Positions 46,498 to 55,600 of a DNA stretch of 64,000 nt are shown here, piece after piece. Position numbers and translations under genes: made by a program. Where the stretch lies: positions 143,521-207,520 of the IMG/VR virus record IMGVR_UViG_3300044701_003953; one strand, written 5' to 3'. The notes under the pieces were generated by a model. It was not told where the DNA came from. It saw nothing but the letters and a program-made list of their open reading frames with translations, and searched no databases. Position 1 is the first letter of the stretch; each line of letters starts with the position of its first letter.

Positions 46498-47561
46498 CAG
46501 AACAACCCCGGGGCGATCACGCCCTCTTCGATGCCCATCTTAGAGCCATCGCCATGGAATGGTAACTTCAATGACCCACCTTTGACCATGTGTACTTCGC
46601 GCAAGAAGTTGCTCATAGCAGTAGGGGCGGTCCATGTAGAACCATCGCCTTTGTAGTAGGCCCATTGTGCTCGACCTTTGGCGTGTACGACAGAACTGTC
46701 CGACCATACACTGGAGATGCTCTTGAGCAGAGTATCCATCCAGTCATCGGGCAGTATCAAGCCAGCAGTACCAGCCAGTCGGCGCAGTTCGTAGAGTCCG
46801 ATGAACACACCTTGATCGATCTCTTCGTTGTTGGGAAAGTTGTCGCGGATGGCTTTCAGGATGCGATACAGCACCTTGCCCGACACATCAGCATCGATGG
46901 CTTTTTGGGCGTACTTGAAGTGGCTGAAGAAATACTTGTTGTCGCCACGTAGTGCTTCGCTCTTCCGGGTGTTCTTGTCTTCCAAGTCGATGCCCAGATT
47001 GTTGAACTGTTCTTGGGTGTTCCATGCTTTGACGTTCTTGATGTCGCGGCTACCGTTCTTATAACGCACCAATGCGTTACGATGTAAGTCGCCAGGACCC
47101 AGACGCTTGACGCCAGTGTCGTTGAGCATCTCGAAAGCATAGGAAGGAAAGTTGGGATCATCCGTGGGCACGATAGCGCAAGGCACTTCAGTGAAGCCCA
47201 ATATTGCCGCGGCCAGGGTACGATGTTGTCCGTCGTATGTATCCACCGTATCGCGCCCTGTGACACGACAAGCCGACACAGGCGAACAGATGCGTGGGTC
47301 CCACTTTTTCATGATCCGCATCACGTGCTTATGGATCACGTCACGCTGGACTTCGTAGTCGATCCACAATAAGTCGATGGGCGCCATCGTGGATTCGGGG
47401 AATGATTGGGGGAGGTTACGAGCTCGGTGTCGCCAGGAATCTAGTTCTCGGTCCGAGACTTCGAATTCTCGTTTGATAGTGGCTTCTACTTCTTTAGCCA
47501 CATCTGTGAGTTTACGGGTAAGACGCTTCGACATACTTTTCTCCTTTCGATGCCCGTACAA
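46497..47561 (-). CDS. ParB/Srx-like (DGQHR) domain protein (start probably MSKRLT)
   Basis: IDYEVQR, YDGQHR. Confidence 0.7.
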   Translation of the reverse strand: MYGHRKEKSMSKRLTRKLTDVAKEVEATIKREFEVSDRELDSWRHRARNLPQSFPESTMAPIDLLWIDYEVQRDVIHKHVMRIMKKWDPRICSPVSACRVTGRDTVDTYDGQHRTLAAAILGFTEVPCAIVPTDDPNFPSYAFEMLNDTGVKRLGPGDLHRNALVRYKNGSRDIKNVKAWNTQEQFNNLGIDLEDKNTRKSEALRGDNKYFFSHFKYAQKAIDADVSGKVLYRILKAIRDNFPNNEEIDQGVFIGLYELRRLAGTAGLILPDDWMDTLLKSISSVWSDSSVVHAKGRAQWAYYKGDGSTWTAPTAMSNFLREVHMVKGGSLKLPFHGDGSKMGIEEGVIAPGLF

Positions 47562-47589
47562 TACGGGATTAGTTTCAGTATGAGTATGT

Positions 47590-47618
47590 ATATTAACAGG
47601 AAATGATTTTTATGTCAA
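47590..47618 (-). promoter_or_regulatory. Sigma70-like promoter
   Basis: TTGACA-17nt-TAATAT. Confidence 0.6.
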
Positions 47619-47687
47619 CCTAATACTTTCGTATAACTTTTTCGGAACGGGACTTATTGGCATCGCCCGTTACGCACACGGCAGGGG

Positions 47688-47930
47688 TTATTTGCTGTCG
47701 CCACGCATGTGGGTCATGTAATTACGGATACCGTCCACGTAATCGCCCAGACGACGGAGACGAGATTCTTGTTCCTGTATACGTCTTTCCAGGATAGCGA
47801 TCTTTTCTTCTTGGGTCTTGATTGTGGTCTGTGTTTCTTTGATGGTCTTTTCGTGGCTAAGGAGATTGGGCCGCGGTGGTGCGTTTGGATCGACCGGTCT
47901 CTTTAGTTTACGGATATACATGCTTTTCAT
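47688..47930 (-). CDS. Small coiled-coil protein
   Basis: 80-aa ORF with heptad pattern. Confidence 0.55.
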   Translation of the reverse strand: MKSMYIRKLKRPVDPNAPPRPNLLSHEKTIKETQTTIKTQEEKIAILERRIQEQESRLRRLGDYVDGIRNYMTHMRGDSK

Positions 47931-48334
47931 GACTCGGCCTTTTCAGTCTCCGCAGGTGGCGGAGTGCCTACTTCCGACTCGGTGGCGGTTTCTTCTTCCT
48001 GCGAATACTTCTCGATGAACGCTTTGAGGAACTCGGGGTTAGCGATAGACATGGCCTTGGTCATATACTCGTTGTAGTTCTCAAGGAAGTAGCCAAACAG
48101 TTTATCGAACTCACGTTCCCCAGTCCAGCCATTCTGTTCTACTACGGCTTTCGACAAATTAAGGATCACTTTAGCCTGGCGGTCGCGATTCTTCAATCCA
48201 GCGACGACAGCGATGTTCTCATCGTACTGGATGTTGGCCGGATTAGTCATCCAACCAGCTTTAGCTGTGCGAACATGTTGTTTGGGTCGCATCACGTAAT
48301 GCGCCACTAAGTAAATATCCTTGGGTCTGCTCAT
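47927..48334 (-). CDS. Hypothetical protein
   Basis: Directly follows the clamp loader gene. Confidence 0.6.
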   Translation of the reverse strand: MSRPKDIYLVAHYVMRPKQHVRTAKAGWMTNPANIQYDENIAVVAGLKNRDRQAKVILNLSKAVVEQNGWTGEREFDKLFGYFLENYNEYMTKAMSIANPEFLKAFIEKYSQEEETATESEVGTPPPAETEKAES

Positions 48335-49258
48335 TTATTTTCCGATCTGTGTGAGTTCTACCAGCGTGGCTGATAAGTTGATTTCTGGATCTGCTACTTG
48401 GCTGTGGTTGACCATGCCTTTGCGGATGGCCAAGATGGCTTCGTCCTGCCCTTCAGGCTTGGCGCTCCATAGTTCTAGATTGTCATACATCCAACGGAAG
48501 ATCTCTTCCATGTCGTCGATCGATGCTTGGCTGCAGATCAGTTGCCGCCCTTCTCGGATCTTGCCAGTCTTGAACATGTTTACGGCGTCTAGTTTCCAGT
48601 CCCTTACAGCGACATCTCCTTCGCCGGGTGCTTTCAGCGAGCCCGACGTCGAATTCGCTTGTACGAGATTCAAGCATTTGCGTAGATCCGGATAAGTGGC
48701 CTTGACGTAGCTGTCTAAGGTATCAAGGTCAAACTCGACTCCTTCGGTGACCAGGATAGTAGCGACACGAGCAGTGAACTCAGTGAGGTCTGTGCGATCG
48801 ATATGGAAACCCTGGCAACGACTGTGTAGGGCTGGCATGATCTTGTGCGGCATGTTACAGGTCAGGATGAATCGACATTGTGCGTGATACGTCTCCATGA
48901 GTCCACGCATGATGGCCTGTGCGTTGTGTGACAAGTAATCAGCCTCGTCCATGAGCACTACTTTGAATTCGCCAAACGGTAGTGTGCTGGCGAACCCTTC
49001 TACTTTGCTTTTAAGGAAGTCCACACCGTTATCTCGGCTGGCGTTGATCTGTAAGACATCATAGTCCTGGATACCGAGCTCGTTGATCAATACCTTGGCT
49101 AGTGTGGTTTTGCCGGTCCCAGGGGAACCGCTTAACAAGATATGAGGGATTGACCCCTCACGCACCCAAGACTCAATCTGTTCGCGTTGCCGCTCATCAG
49201 TGAAGACATAGTCTCCTAGTTTCTTTGGGCGGTATTTTTCAGTCCAGAGTTCTTTCAT
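48335..49258 (-). CDS. Clamp loader AAA+ subunit (gp44/RFC-like)
   Basis: WTEKYRP, GSPGTGKT, INAS, DEAD, SRC. Confidence 0.93.
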   Translation of the reverse strand: MKELWTEKYRPKKLGDYVFTDERQREQIESWVREGSIPHILLSGSPGTGKTTLAKVLINELGIQDYDVLQINASRDNGVDFLKSKVEGFASTLPFGEFKVVLMDEADYLSHNAQAIMRGLMETYHAQCRFILTCNMPHKIMPALHSRCQGFHIDRTDLTEFTARVATILVTEGVEFDLDTLDSYVKATYPDLRKCLNLVQANSTSGSLKAPGEGDVAVRDWKLDAVNMFKTGKIREGRQLICSQASIDDMEEIFRWMYDNLELWSAKPEGQDEAILAIRKGMVNHSQVADPEINLSATLVELTQIGK

Positions 49259-49521
49259 TTAGTACCTTTGTTGGATCGTTGATTACGGATTTTTTCTAGA
49301 TGTTCTCTTAGTTCTTGGTATTCACTGTCAGTGATGTCTGTTAGCATATCGGGGCCATGGCCAGTGAATAGAGTGAAGCTATCCTTGGAAAAGATAGTAG
49401 TTGGCTTCCAGTACTTGTTGAAAAGATTATTGATGGCTAACACGCCAATCGCTAACGCCACGACCGCCAATGCGAATAAGATCGATCCCGACAAGAATGC
49501 GGATGCTTGGTCTAGATTCAT
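49255..49521 (-). CDS. Small membrane protein
   Basis: N-terminal TM helix. Confidence 0.55.
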   Translation of the reverse strand: MNLDQASAFLSGSILFALAVVALAIGVLAINNLFNKYWKPTTIFSKDSFTLFTGHGPDMLTDITDSEYQELREHLEKIRNQRSNKGTK

Positions 49522-49685
49522 ACCATCTCCTCTACGATTCCTAGTACTTCCGCGGCGACGATCAGTCCGCCGGCTAATGCGAAATGAGAAAAGCCTAGTG
49601 CTAAGCCGGCGAGCATGCGCACACCACTCTTTACGAGGCTGACATAAAAATGACCTTTGCTAGGGTCTTTTGGTTGTATTTCCAC
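49518..49685 (-). CDS. Small membrane protein (55 aa, not in the ORF track)
   Basis: GTG start; MEIQPKDPSKGHFYVSLVKSGVR..AEVLGIVEEMV; ATGA coupling. Confidence 0.55.
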   Translation of the reverse strand: MEIQPKDPSKGHFYVSLVKSGVRMLAGLALGFSHFALAGGLIVAAEVLGIVEEMV

Positions 49686-49830
49686 GATTGAACCATCCTT
49701 TGATTGTTTTCAATAGATTATAGAATCTTAGGCTGTGCGTGTCAAGCCAAGCGGGATGATTCGGGCATCTGCCTTGCCGCCAATCGCAAGTCACAGAATA
49801 CTCTTTGCCGCATGTATTACAGTTTGCCAT
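49660..49830 (-). CDS. Small Cys-containing protein
   Basis: MANCNTCG..CDWRQGRCPNH. Confidence 0.5.
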   Translation of the reverse strand: MANCNTCGKEYSVTCDWRQGRCPNHPAWLDTHSLRFYNLLKTIKGWFNRGNTTKRP

Positions 49831-50062
49831 GTGGATCTCTTTTGAGTAATTGTAAAGTCCGTTCTTTGTACCACTCATCTTCGATCTGTCCGAAATTTGG
49901 ACATTTCGCTATCTGATCTTCGATATACCATTTGAGTTTGACTAGATCTTCTTTGTAACGGCAAGAGACGAATCCGGTGTCGTAAGTGTCGTTAGCTTTG
50001 TGAGTGAGATATCGTATGTGGTCATGGACCACGTTGATATCATTGTGTACTTTTTTCAACAT
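49817..50062 (-). CDS. Hypothetical protein
   Basis: Start moved to MLKKVH, overlapping the groES stop. Confidence 0.5.
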   Translation of the reverse strand: MLKKVHNDINVVHDHIRYLTHKANDTYDTGFVSCRYKEDLVKLKWYIEDQIAKCPNFGQIEDEWYKERTLQLLKRDPHGKL

Positions 50063-50415
50063 CAGACAGCGTCGCTGATGGTCTCGTCGGCTGGTGGTGC
50101 TTCGTCGCTGGCTATCATAATATCTTTGCTGTCTACCCGACGTATAGTCATTTCTTCGCCGTCGATTTCTACCTTCGTGCCACGTGACCATCGACCGTGC
50201 GCGACCAAGATCCATTGTCCTTCTTGTATATCTTTCTGTTCGGGCCCCACAGCGAATACTTTGGCCCAGCGTGGACGGATACCGGAGCTCTTACCGTCGT
50301 CACTAGGAAGGATGAGTCCGTATTGTAGCTTACGTTCACCGAAGTTCATGTCGCGCACTAATACGTGATCACGGATAGGGCGTATTGATTTTAGTTTGAT
50401 AGGGTCGAAACTCAT
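50062..50415 (-). CDS. groES: GroES-like co-chaperonin
   Basis: IRPIRDHVLV, GLILP mobile loop, V.AVGP. Confidence 0.85.
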   Translation of the reverse strand: MSFDPIKLKSIRPIRDHVLVRDMNFGERKLQYGLILPSDDGKSSGIRPRWAKVFAVGPEQKDIQEGQWILVAHGRWSRGTKVEIDGEEMTIRRVDSKDIMIASDEAPPADETISDAV

Positions 50416-50417
50416 CT

Positions 50418-50903
50418 TTAGATTCTCGTCGGTCCTTTTGGTCTACGGGGGTCTGGCATCTTTTCTTGTACCACAGTAGTTTCTTTAGCCATAGAATCAG
50501 CTAGATTACCACGTAATTTTTTATCGGGCGGCACAAAAGTTTCCGTTTCCGCTTCGTTGGTGGTAGTCGGATCTTGATTGTTTGAAAGGGAGGGTTGATC
50601 ATTTTCTTTTTGCATAAACATATCTTCCGTCGGATTAGATTTTTTTACTGCTTTCGATCGTGAAGTTTTTGCCCCAGCGATCTGTTGTCTTTTTAACTTG
50701 TCTTCCCTTGATTCTGTGCCACCAATCTGGTAATGATCGGCGATAGCTGAATTCCGTGGGTTTTGTATGGTACCACCGGGTCCCAGTTGATCTCCACGAG
50801 CATTGACCTTCATATTGCCGACAGCGATAGTTTCCTCACCGACTGCTTTGAGTCCTTCAAAATCAATTTGTTTGCCCATGGCTGTAGTATACATTTTTTT
50901 CAT
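50418..50903 (-). CDS. Conserved hypothetical protein
   Basis: AVGNMKVNARGDQLGPGG. Confidence 0.6.
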   Translation of the reverse strand: MKKMYTTAMGKQIDFEGLKAVGEETIAVGNMKVNARGDQLGPGGTIQNPRNSAIADHYQIGGTESREDKLKRQQIAGAKTSRSKAVKKSNPTEDMFMQKENDQPSLSNNQDPTTTNEAETETFVPPDKKLRGNLADSMAKETTVVQEKMPDPRRPKGPTRI

Positions 50904-50912
50904 ATTCGTCCT

Positions 50913-51425
50913 TTACTTCAAGAATTCTTTTATATCAAGATCGTAATACATGCTATCAATGAGGTGCACCTCCATGAGATACAACACATAACTGGCTACA
51001 CTGGAGCCTCTTCCTACACCACAAACTACTCCATTTGATTTCATGGTATCTGCGAAATATTTAAGATATTTTAAAAGAGGCATGAGATTTCTTTCCTGGT
51101 ACAACAGCAGTTCTTCGCCACACCTTTGTAGTTGTTCTTGTGTGCGGCACTGGGATAGTATCCATGCCGCGATGTCCAAGTCTTGATATTCTTTGGGCAT
51201 GTACCAGTTGCTCTGACATATCTCGTCGAATTCTTCTGGGCTAACCGACAAAGGCTGATACTTTTGCAGATCTGAAAATTCTCTCCAGTATTTTTCATTG
51301 CTGGAATTAAACTTCTCCGGATCGTCAATCAGCAAGTTAGACATGTCTATGTCGGGGATCTGATATATCAGATCAACGACGTCTTTTTCGTCGAATACCT
51401 TGCGTCCGTATTGATCTTTGATCAT
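50913..51425 (-). CDS. Stand-alone fragment of DNA polymerase III alpha (DnaE)
   Basis: R..EEL, GVGRGSSVASYVLYL.EVH.ID; stops just before the catalytic PDID region. Confidence 0.75.
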   Translation of the reverse strand: MIKDQYGRKVFDEKDVVDLIYQIPDIDMSNLLIDDPEKFNSSNEKYWREFSDLQKYQPLSVSPEEFDEICQSNWYMPKEYQDLDIAAWILSQCRTQEQLQRCGEELLLYQERNLMPLLKYLKYFADTMKSNGVVCGVGRGSSVASYVLYLMEVHLIDSMYYDLDIKEFLK

Positions 51426-51670
51426 TGTATGTCAATTATGCCCTTGAATCCCCGTCCCGATTGCTCGGCACGCTTTTCCATCTCTTCCATTTTGCGTCGA
51501 TTGCGCTCATTGATTTCCCACTGGTAATCCTCGATTATCATCTGTATCTGCGGCACGATTTCAAAAGGCCCAAATCGAGAAGCCTGCAGGAGTTTTCGTT
51601 GCAGTTCTCCCAATTTCTTCTGCAATTCGTCGTCTCCGATGCCGGTAAGGTCTTGTCCCAATGGATGCAT
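51422..51670 (-). CDS. Hypothetical coiled-coil protein (start MHPLGQD)
   Basis: ORF packed between neighbours. Confidence 0.55.
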   Translation of the reverse strand: MHPLGQDLTGIGDDELQKKLGELQRKLLQASRFGPFEIVPQIQMIIEDYQWEINERNRRKMEEMEKRAEQSGRGFKGIIDIQ

Positions 51671-51741
51671 ATATTTGTTAGTATAGACGAAAACGCCAGT
51701 GGGTGTCAATGCCACTGGCGATATTTTGGTTGAAATAACTG

Positions 51742-52659
51742 TTAAGCGAAAGTGGCGCCGTTATTACCGATGCAATACCATTTTCCGGTCACAAACTGTA
51801 GTTGACAGGCTTGTCCTACTTCAGTGAATGTTATCGTACCTAATTGCGGCACGGCAGGAGTTCCTTGGCTTTCTTTCCAACCTGCGCTGTCTACAGCAAT
51901 AGACATGGTGCCGGATTCGCTGGTCATGATGAAAGTTTTAGTTTGCCCTTCGTTGCCGTCGGCCAATGATGAATTTTCTGTGGGCAATGAAGTAGCAAAT
52001 GTAGTCACGGAAGTCGTGCCACTGGCAGATTCGCCATCGTCGATGTCATCGCGCGAAAATTCGTTGGAGTTACGAGACAAGTCAGCGATGTAAAAAACGC
52101 TACCGTTATAAGAGCTCACTTCTAGTAGATAATCGCCTATTTGATCGAATATCACAGTATCAATACCGTCGTAGCCTTTGATCTTAGTGATTCCACGCAC
52201 GATATCTCGTGGAAATTTAACGGCATGTCCCGGTGAAGTGACTTCAACTAGCAGACAGATAGTGGCCCAACCTGCGTTCGTTCCGATTGGGAAACCAGAA
52301 AAAGTCAAACTCACTAATTCTTCGCTGGTTTTAATGTGATGGAAATTTCCCGCGGTAAAATCAGCATTAACGCTGTCGCCGGCTGGGATATGTGGAACTA
52401 TACGCTGATACCAAGCCTTGAGTTGTGGGTTAGAAAGTATAGTTCCCGCGAGATCGTTGTAAGTGGGATCGTTGACAGATCCGCCACTGAGTGGGCGTTT
52501 CAGCAAAACTTTGTTTTGCAGGTCTTCGATTTCACTCTTCGTGAACACCAGATTATTACGAGTGTTGGTAAAGTTATCTCGAAACCCTTGGCTGTCATTG
52601 TCTTGTCCGGCAATGGGGTAATTACCGTTGATATTGTATGGGTTAATGGAACTTGGCAT
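51742..52659 (-). CDS. Virion structural protein
   Basis: YPIAGQDNDSQGFRDNF N-terminus; GATAAATA late element at 52694-52701. Confidence 0.6.
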   Translation of the reverse strand: MPSSINPYNINGNYPIAGQDNDSQGFRDNFTNTRNNLVFTKSEIEDLQNKVLLKRPLSGGSVNDPTYNDLAGTILSNPQLKAWYQRIVPHIPAGDSVNADFTAGNFHHIKTSEELVSLTFSGFPIGTNAGWATICLLVEVTSPGHAVKFPRDIVRGITKIKGYDGIDTVIFDQIGDYLLEVSSYNGSVFYIADLSRNSNEFSRDDIDDGESASGTTSVTTFATSLPTENSSLADGNEGQTKTFIMTSESGTMSIAVDSAGWKESQGTPAVPQLGTITFTEVGQACQLQFVTGKWYCIGNNGATFA

Positions 52660-55600
52660 TTATTCAAATACTCCAATTTGTGGGAATTTCAAGTATTTAT
52701 CATCTGTTTCGGGCCCTTGATAGTTATCCCGATTATCAAAGAATCGTGTACCATTTCTGTCAAATACGGTGTATCCGCCACTGGTCTCCACGTCTGTTTT
52801 CCAGCGTCGGTAAGTGGGTACAGTCTGGCTTCCGCTGATATTGGTGTCGTAGACCATGAATGTAAAACCATTGGTGACTCCGTTTAATACCTTGATTTTT
52901 TCACCGAACACTACTTCGCGAACAAATTCCAGCGTGACTAAATCTTCGTCGCTGATGTTTATCCTCCAGATTCCCCCTCGCTGGTTATCTATCTCGTAAC
53001 TGATTACTGTGCCCGGGGACACCGCTGATAAGTCATTGTTAGTGATTAATATGTTGTCCCTGACATCAACTACATAGGTATTTGCAGGAATCTTTGGCCC
53101 AAATAATCTCATACCATTAGAAATTCCCAATGGTATCCGGTCAACGGCTACGCCATATGTTATTGTTTCGGCATCGAGGTCATAATTTTCATCAAAAGAT
53201 ACCGATGTCACCGTAGATCTTAGTAAAATCGTTATGCCCGGGCTGACGCTTTTTACAAGTGGTTTGTTCAGAGTCACTGAGACTTCGTTGTTTTCATAGT
53301 TTATCGACTGTGCGATTATTTGTGTCCCGTCGGCGATTCCTAGCGCCGATACAGACTTACCGAGATAAGATACTCCTAATAACCAAGGTAGCACGAGTTC
53401 TGTGTCGCCAGCATTGGCACCGGCTCTTAGCATTTGACTTTCGACCGTCAGAGCTTTATTTTTTATTCCGGGTATCACACTATAAGCATCAAATCCAAAT
53501 TTAGTATCGGTCCCTTCAGAGTCTTGCCCAACGGCTTCGATGTCGCTGCCGTCATTGGGTATATCTCCAATATAAAAGTTTTGATAATCAACCCAGCCAT
53601 CAAAAGGTCCAGTGGGGTTATCATATTCTTCTTGCCTCGCGAATACCAAAAGTTCTCCATGCTCGAAACTCTTGATGCCATCGATTCCGCCGTTATCTTT
53701 TATATATTGCACGGTTCGTTTGTTGATAGAATCGAATGATTGCTCGACAGCATACTCAACGATTCCTCCGCCATGTACTCCCGGGCCCAGTGTAAGTCTG
53801 TCAAACGTGGTCTCTTTGCTGTTCTTGAATTCTCCGATGCTAGGCACAAAATACTTACTAAGAGCACTATCGAGTTGATATCTATCAATGGTGAATTCGA
53901 CTTCGTCAAACCTAATGCCTTTGTTCTTGAGTCGATAAGCGATGAGTTTAGCCGCACCGGGTACAGTATAGGCCAATACCACTGCACGACGGAATCCTAA
54001 CACAGTTCTATCGGGTTGCACCGACGTCATCCAGTCTGGGAATACGCCACGAGCTTGATAACCGAGAGCGTTGATCAGATTATTGTTCATGTTAGCGAAA
54101 GTACTGGGGTAAATCGTCTGATTTTCGAATTGATAAGTTAAATTGGTTTTAGATGTAAAGGTTGGCACAGGACGGCTCACTGTTACCAAACTTTCAGAGA
54201 CTGATAATATTTTAGTCCCTGGCAATATGCCCGGTCCTGTTAAAGTTGCACCAACGATGTCTTCGGAGGGGGATCTATAAAGATTGATCTGTGACCCCGA
54301 CGACGACTGGGCCACGAGTATACCGTTATGTCCGATGTAAGGTTTCCCTCTCAACTCAACTTGTTCGCTAACGGGGGCTTCGGATAGATTGTTGGGGTCA
54401 ATGATTTCTATGTATACTACTTCATATTTGGTATTATAGAATTCATCGACAGCCACAGCAGTTTTGATCTCGCCGAAGTTAATTTGTTTCCAGTAATGAT
54501 TTTTCTCGATAGCAGCGATATAATCGTTTAGATCGCTGGCATTGATTCCGGCCGCCGACAAGAATTTAATAGTAGTCGCCTTGCCAAACCATGGATCCGA
54601 TCTTCTATAGATCAATTCGTCGGGGAATATATCTTGATCATTGATAATCTCAAAAAACTTTTGTCTTTGTTCCAGCGTCGGAAATGCTTTGAAGTAGAGA
54701 TTTTCAAAAGGTTTCTTGTGTACTGGGTCGAGTCGAAGCTTAAATCTCTTGACCGACGAAACCACACCGTCAAGTATATAAACCAAATCTCCTTCCCTGA
54801 TTTCGCCTAACAACAATTGATTTAAAATTAGTTCAGTATAAACTGCTCCGTTGTCGTCGATTTTCTTAAACTGACCTACAATAATAGTGTTTGGAGAAAT
54901 GTTTTTTCCACTAATTTCTTTCAGTCGGAAATCGCTAGATCCCGAATAGGCCAAAAAGATTTTATTAGGATAGGATACTTCTGTCCAGCTAACTGTAGAC
55001 GTGTAGCCATCGAGGCTGATTGTTTCGGATACTTTCTTGGGCGACACGTTCAGGCCCGAAGATTTATAGATTTTCTTAATATTAGCTGTTTCGGCTTTGA
55101 CATCAAATTGATAAAGATTATCAAATCTAGTGCGATTTTTGTCAAAGGTGGTGTTATCTTTATCTAATTGGAAATATCGGAAAGTAGCCCGGCCCGATAT
55201 GATACCATCGTTGATGAGTTGCAAACTCAATGCCTGTGGTAGACGACTCTCGGGGCCCGAAACAAGGCTGTATTTTACTGTCTGCCCTAGTTCACTGACA
55301 GCTTCGATCTTGAGTTCGCTGATTGATCCATTGACGACCGAACCGAGATTTTCGGGAGTTTTCCATATTATACGATCAGTGAGACTTCCTAACACAGTCA
55401 GGCTATACTGTATAGGTTCACTACGATATAAACCTTCGGCAGTGGAAGATCTCAAGATAACGATATCGCCAACTCCGATATCAGAAATCAGTGCTTGGTC
55501 AAGGACGACCCGGGTGATCATTGCTGGATCATCGATCGTGCCGGTATTGACGATCTCTTCTCTGAGGATCTTAGTGCCTTCTGGTATACCGCCTACAATG

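Noticed and set aside
47620-47690. Possible small structured RNA (AACGGG/CCCGTT stem and ATAC-GAAA-GTAT hairpin)
   Set aside because: The stems are short and match no family I recognise; it may simply be a terminator or processing site.
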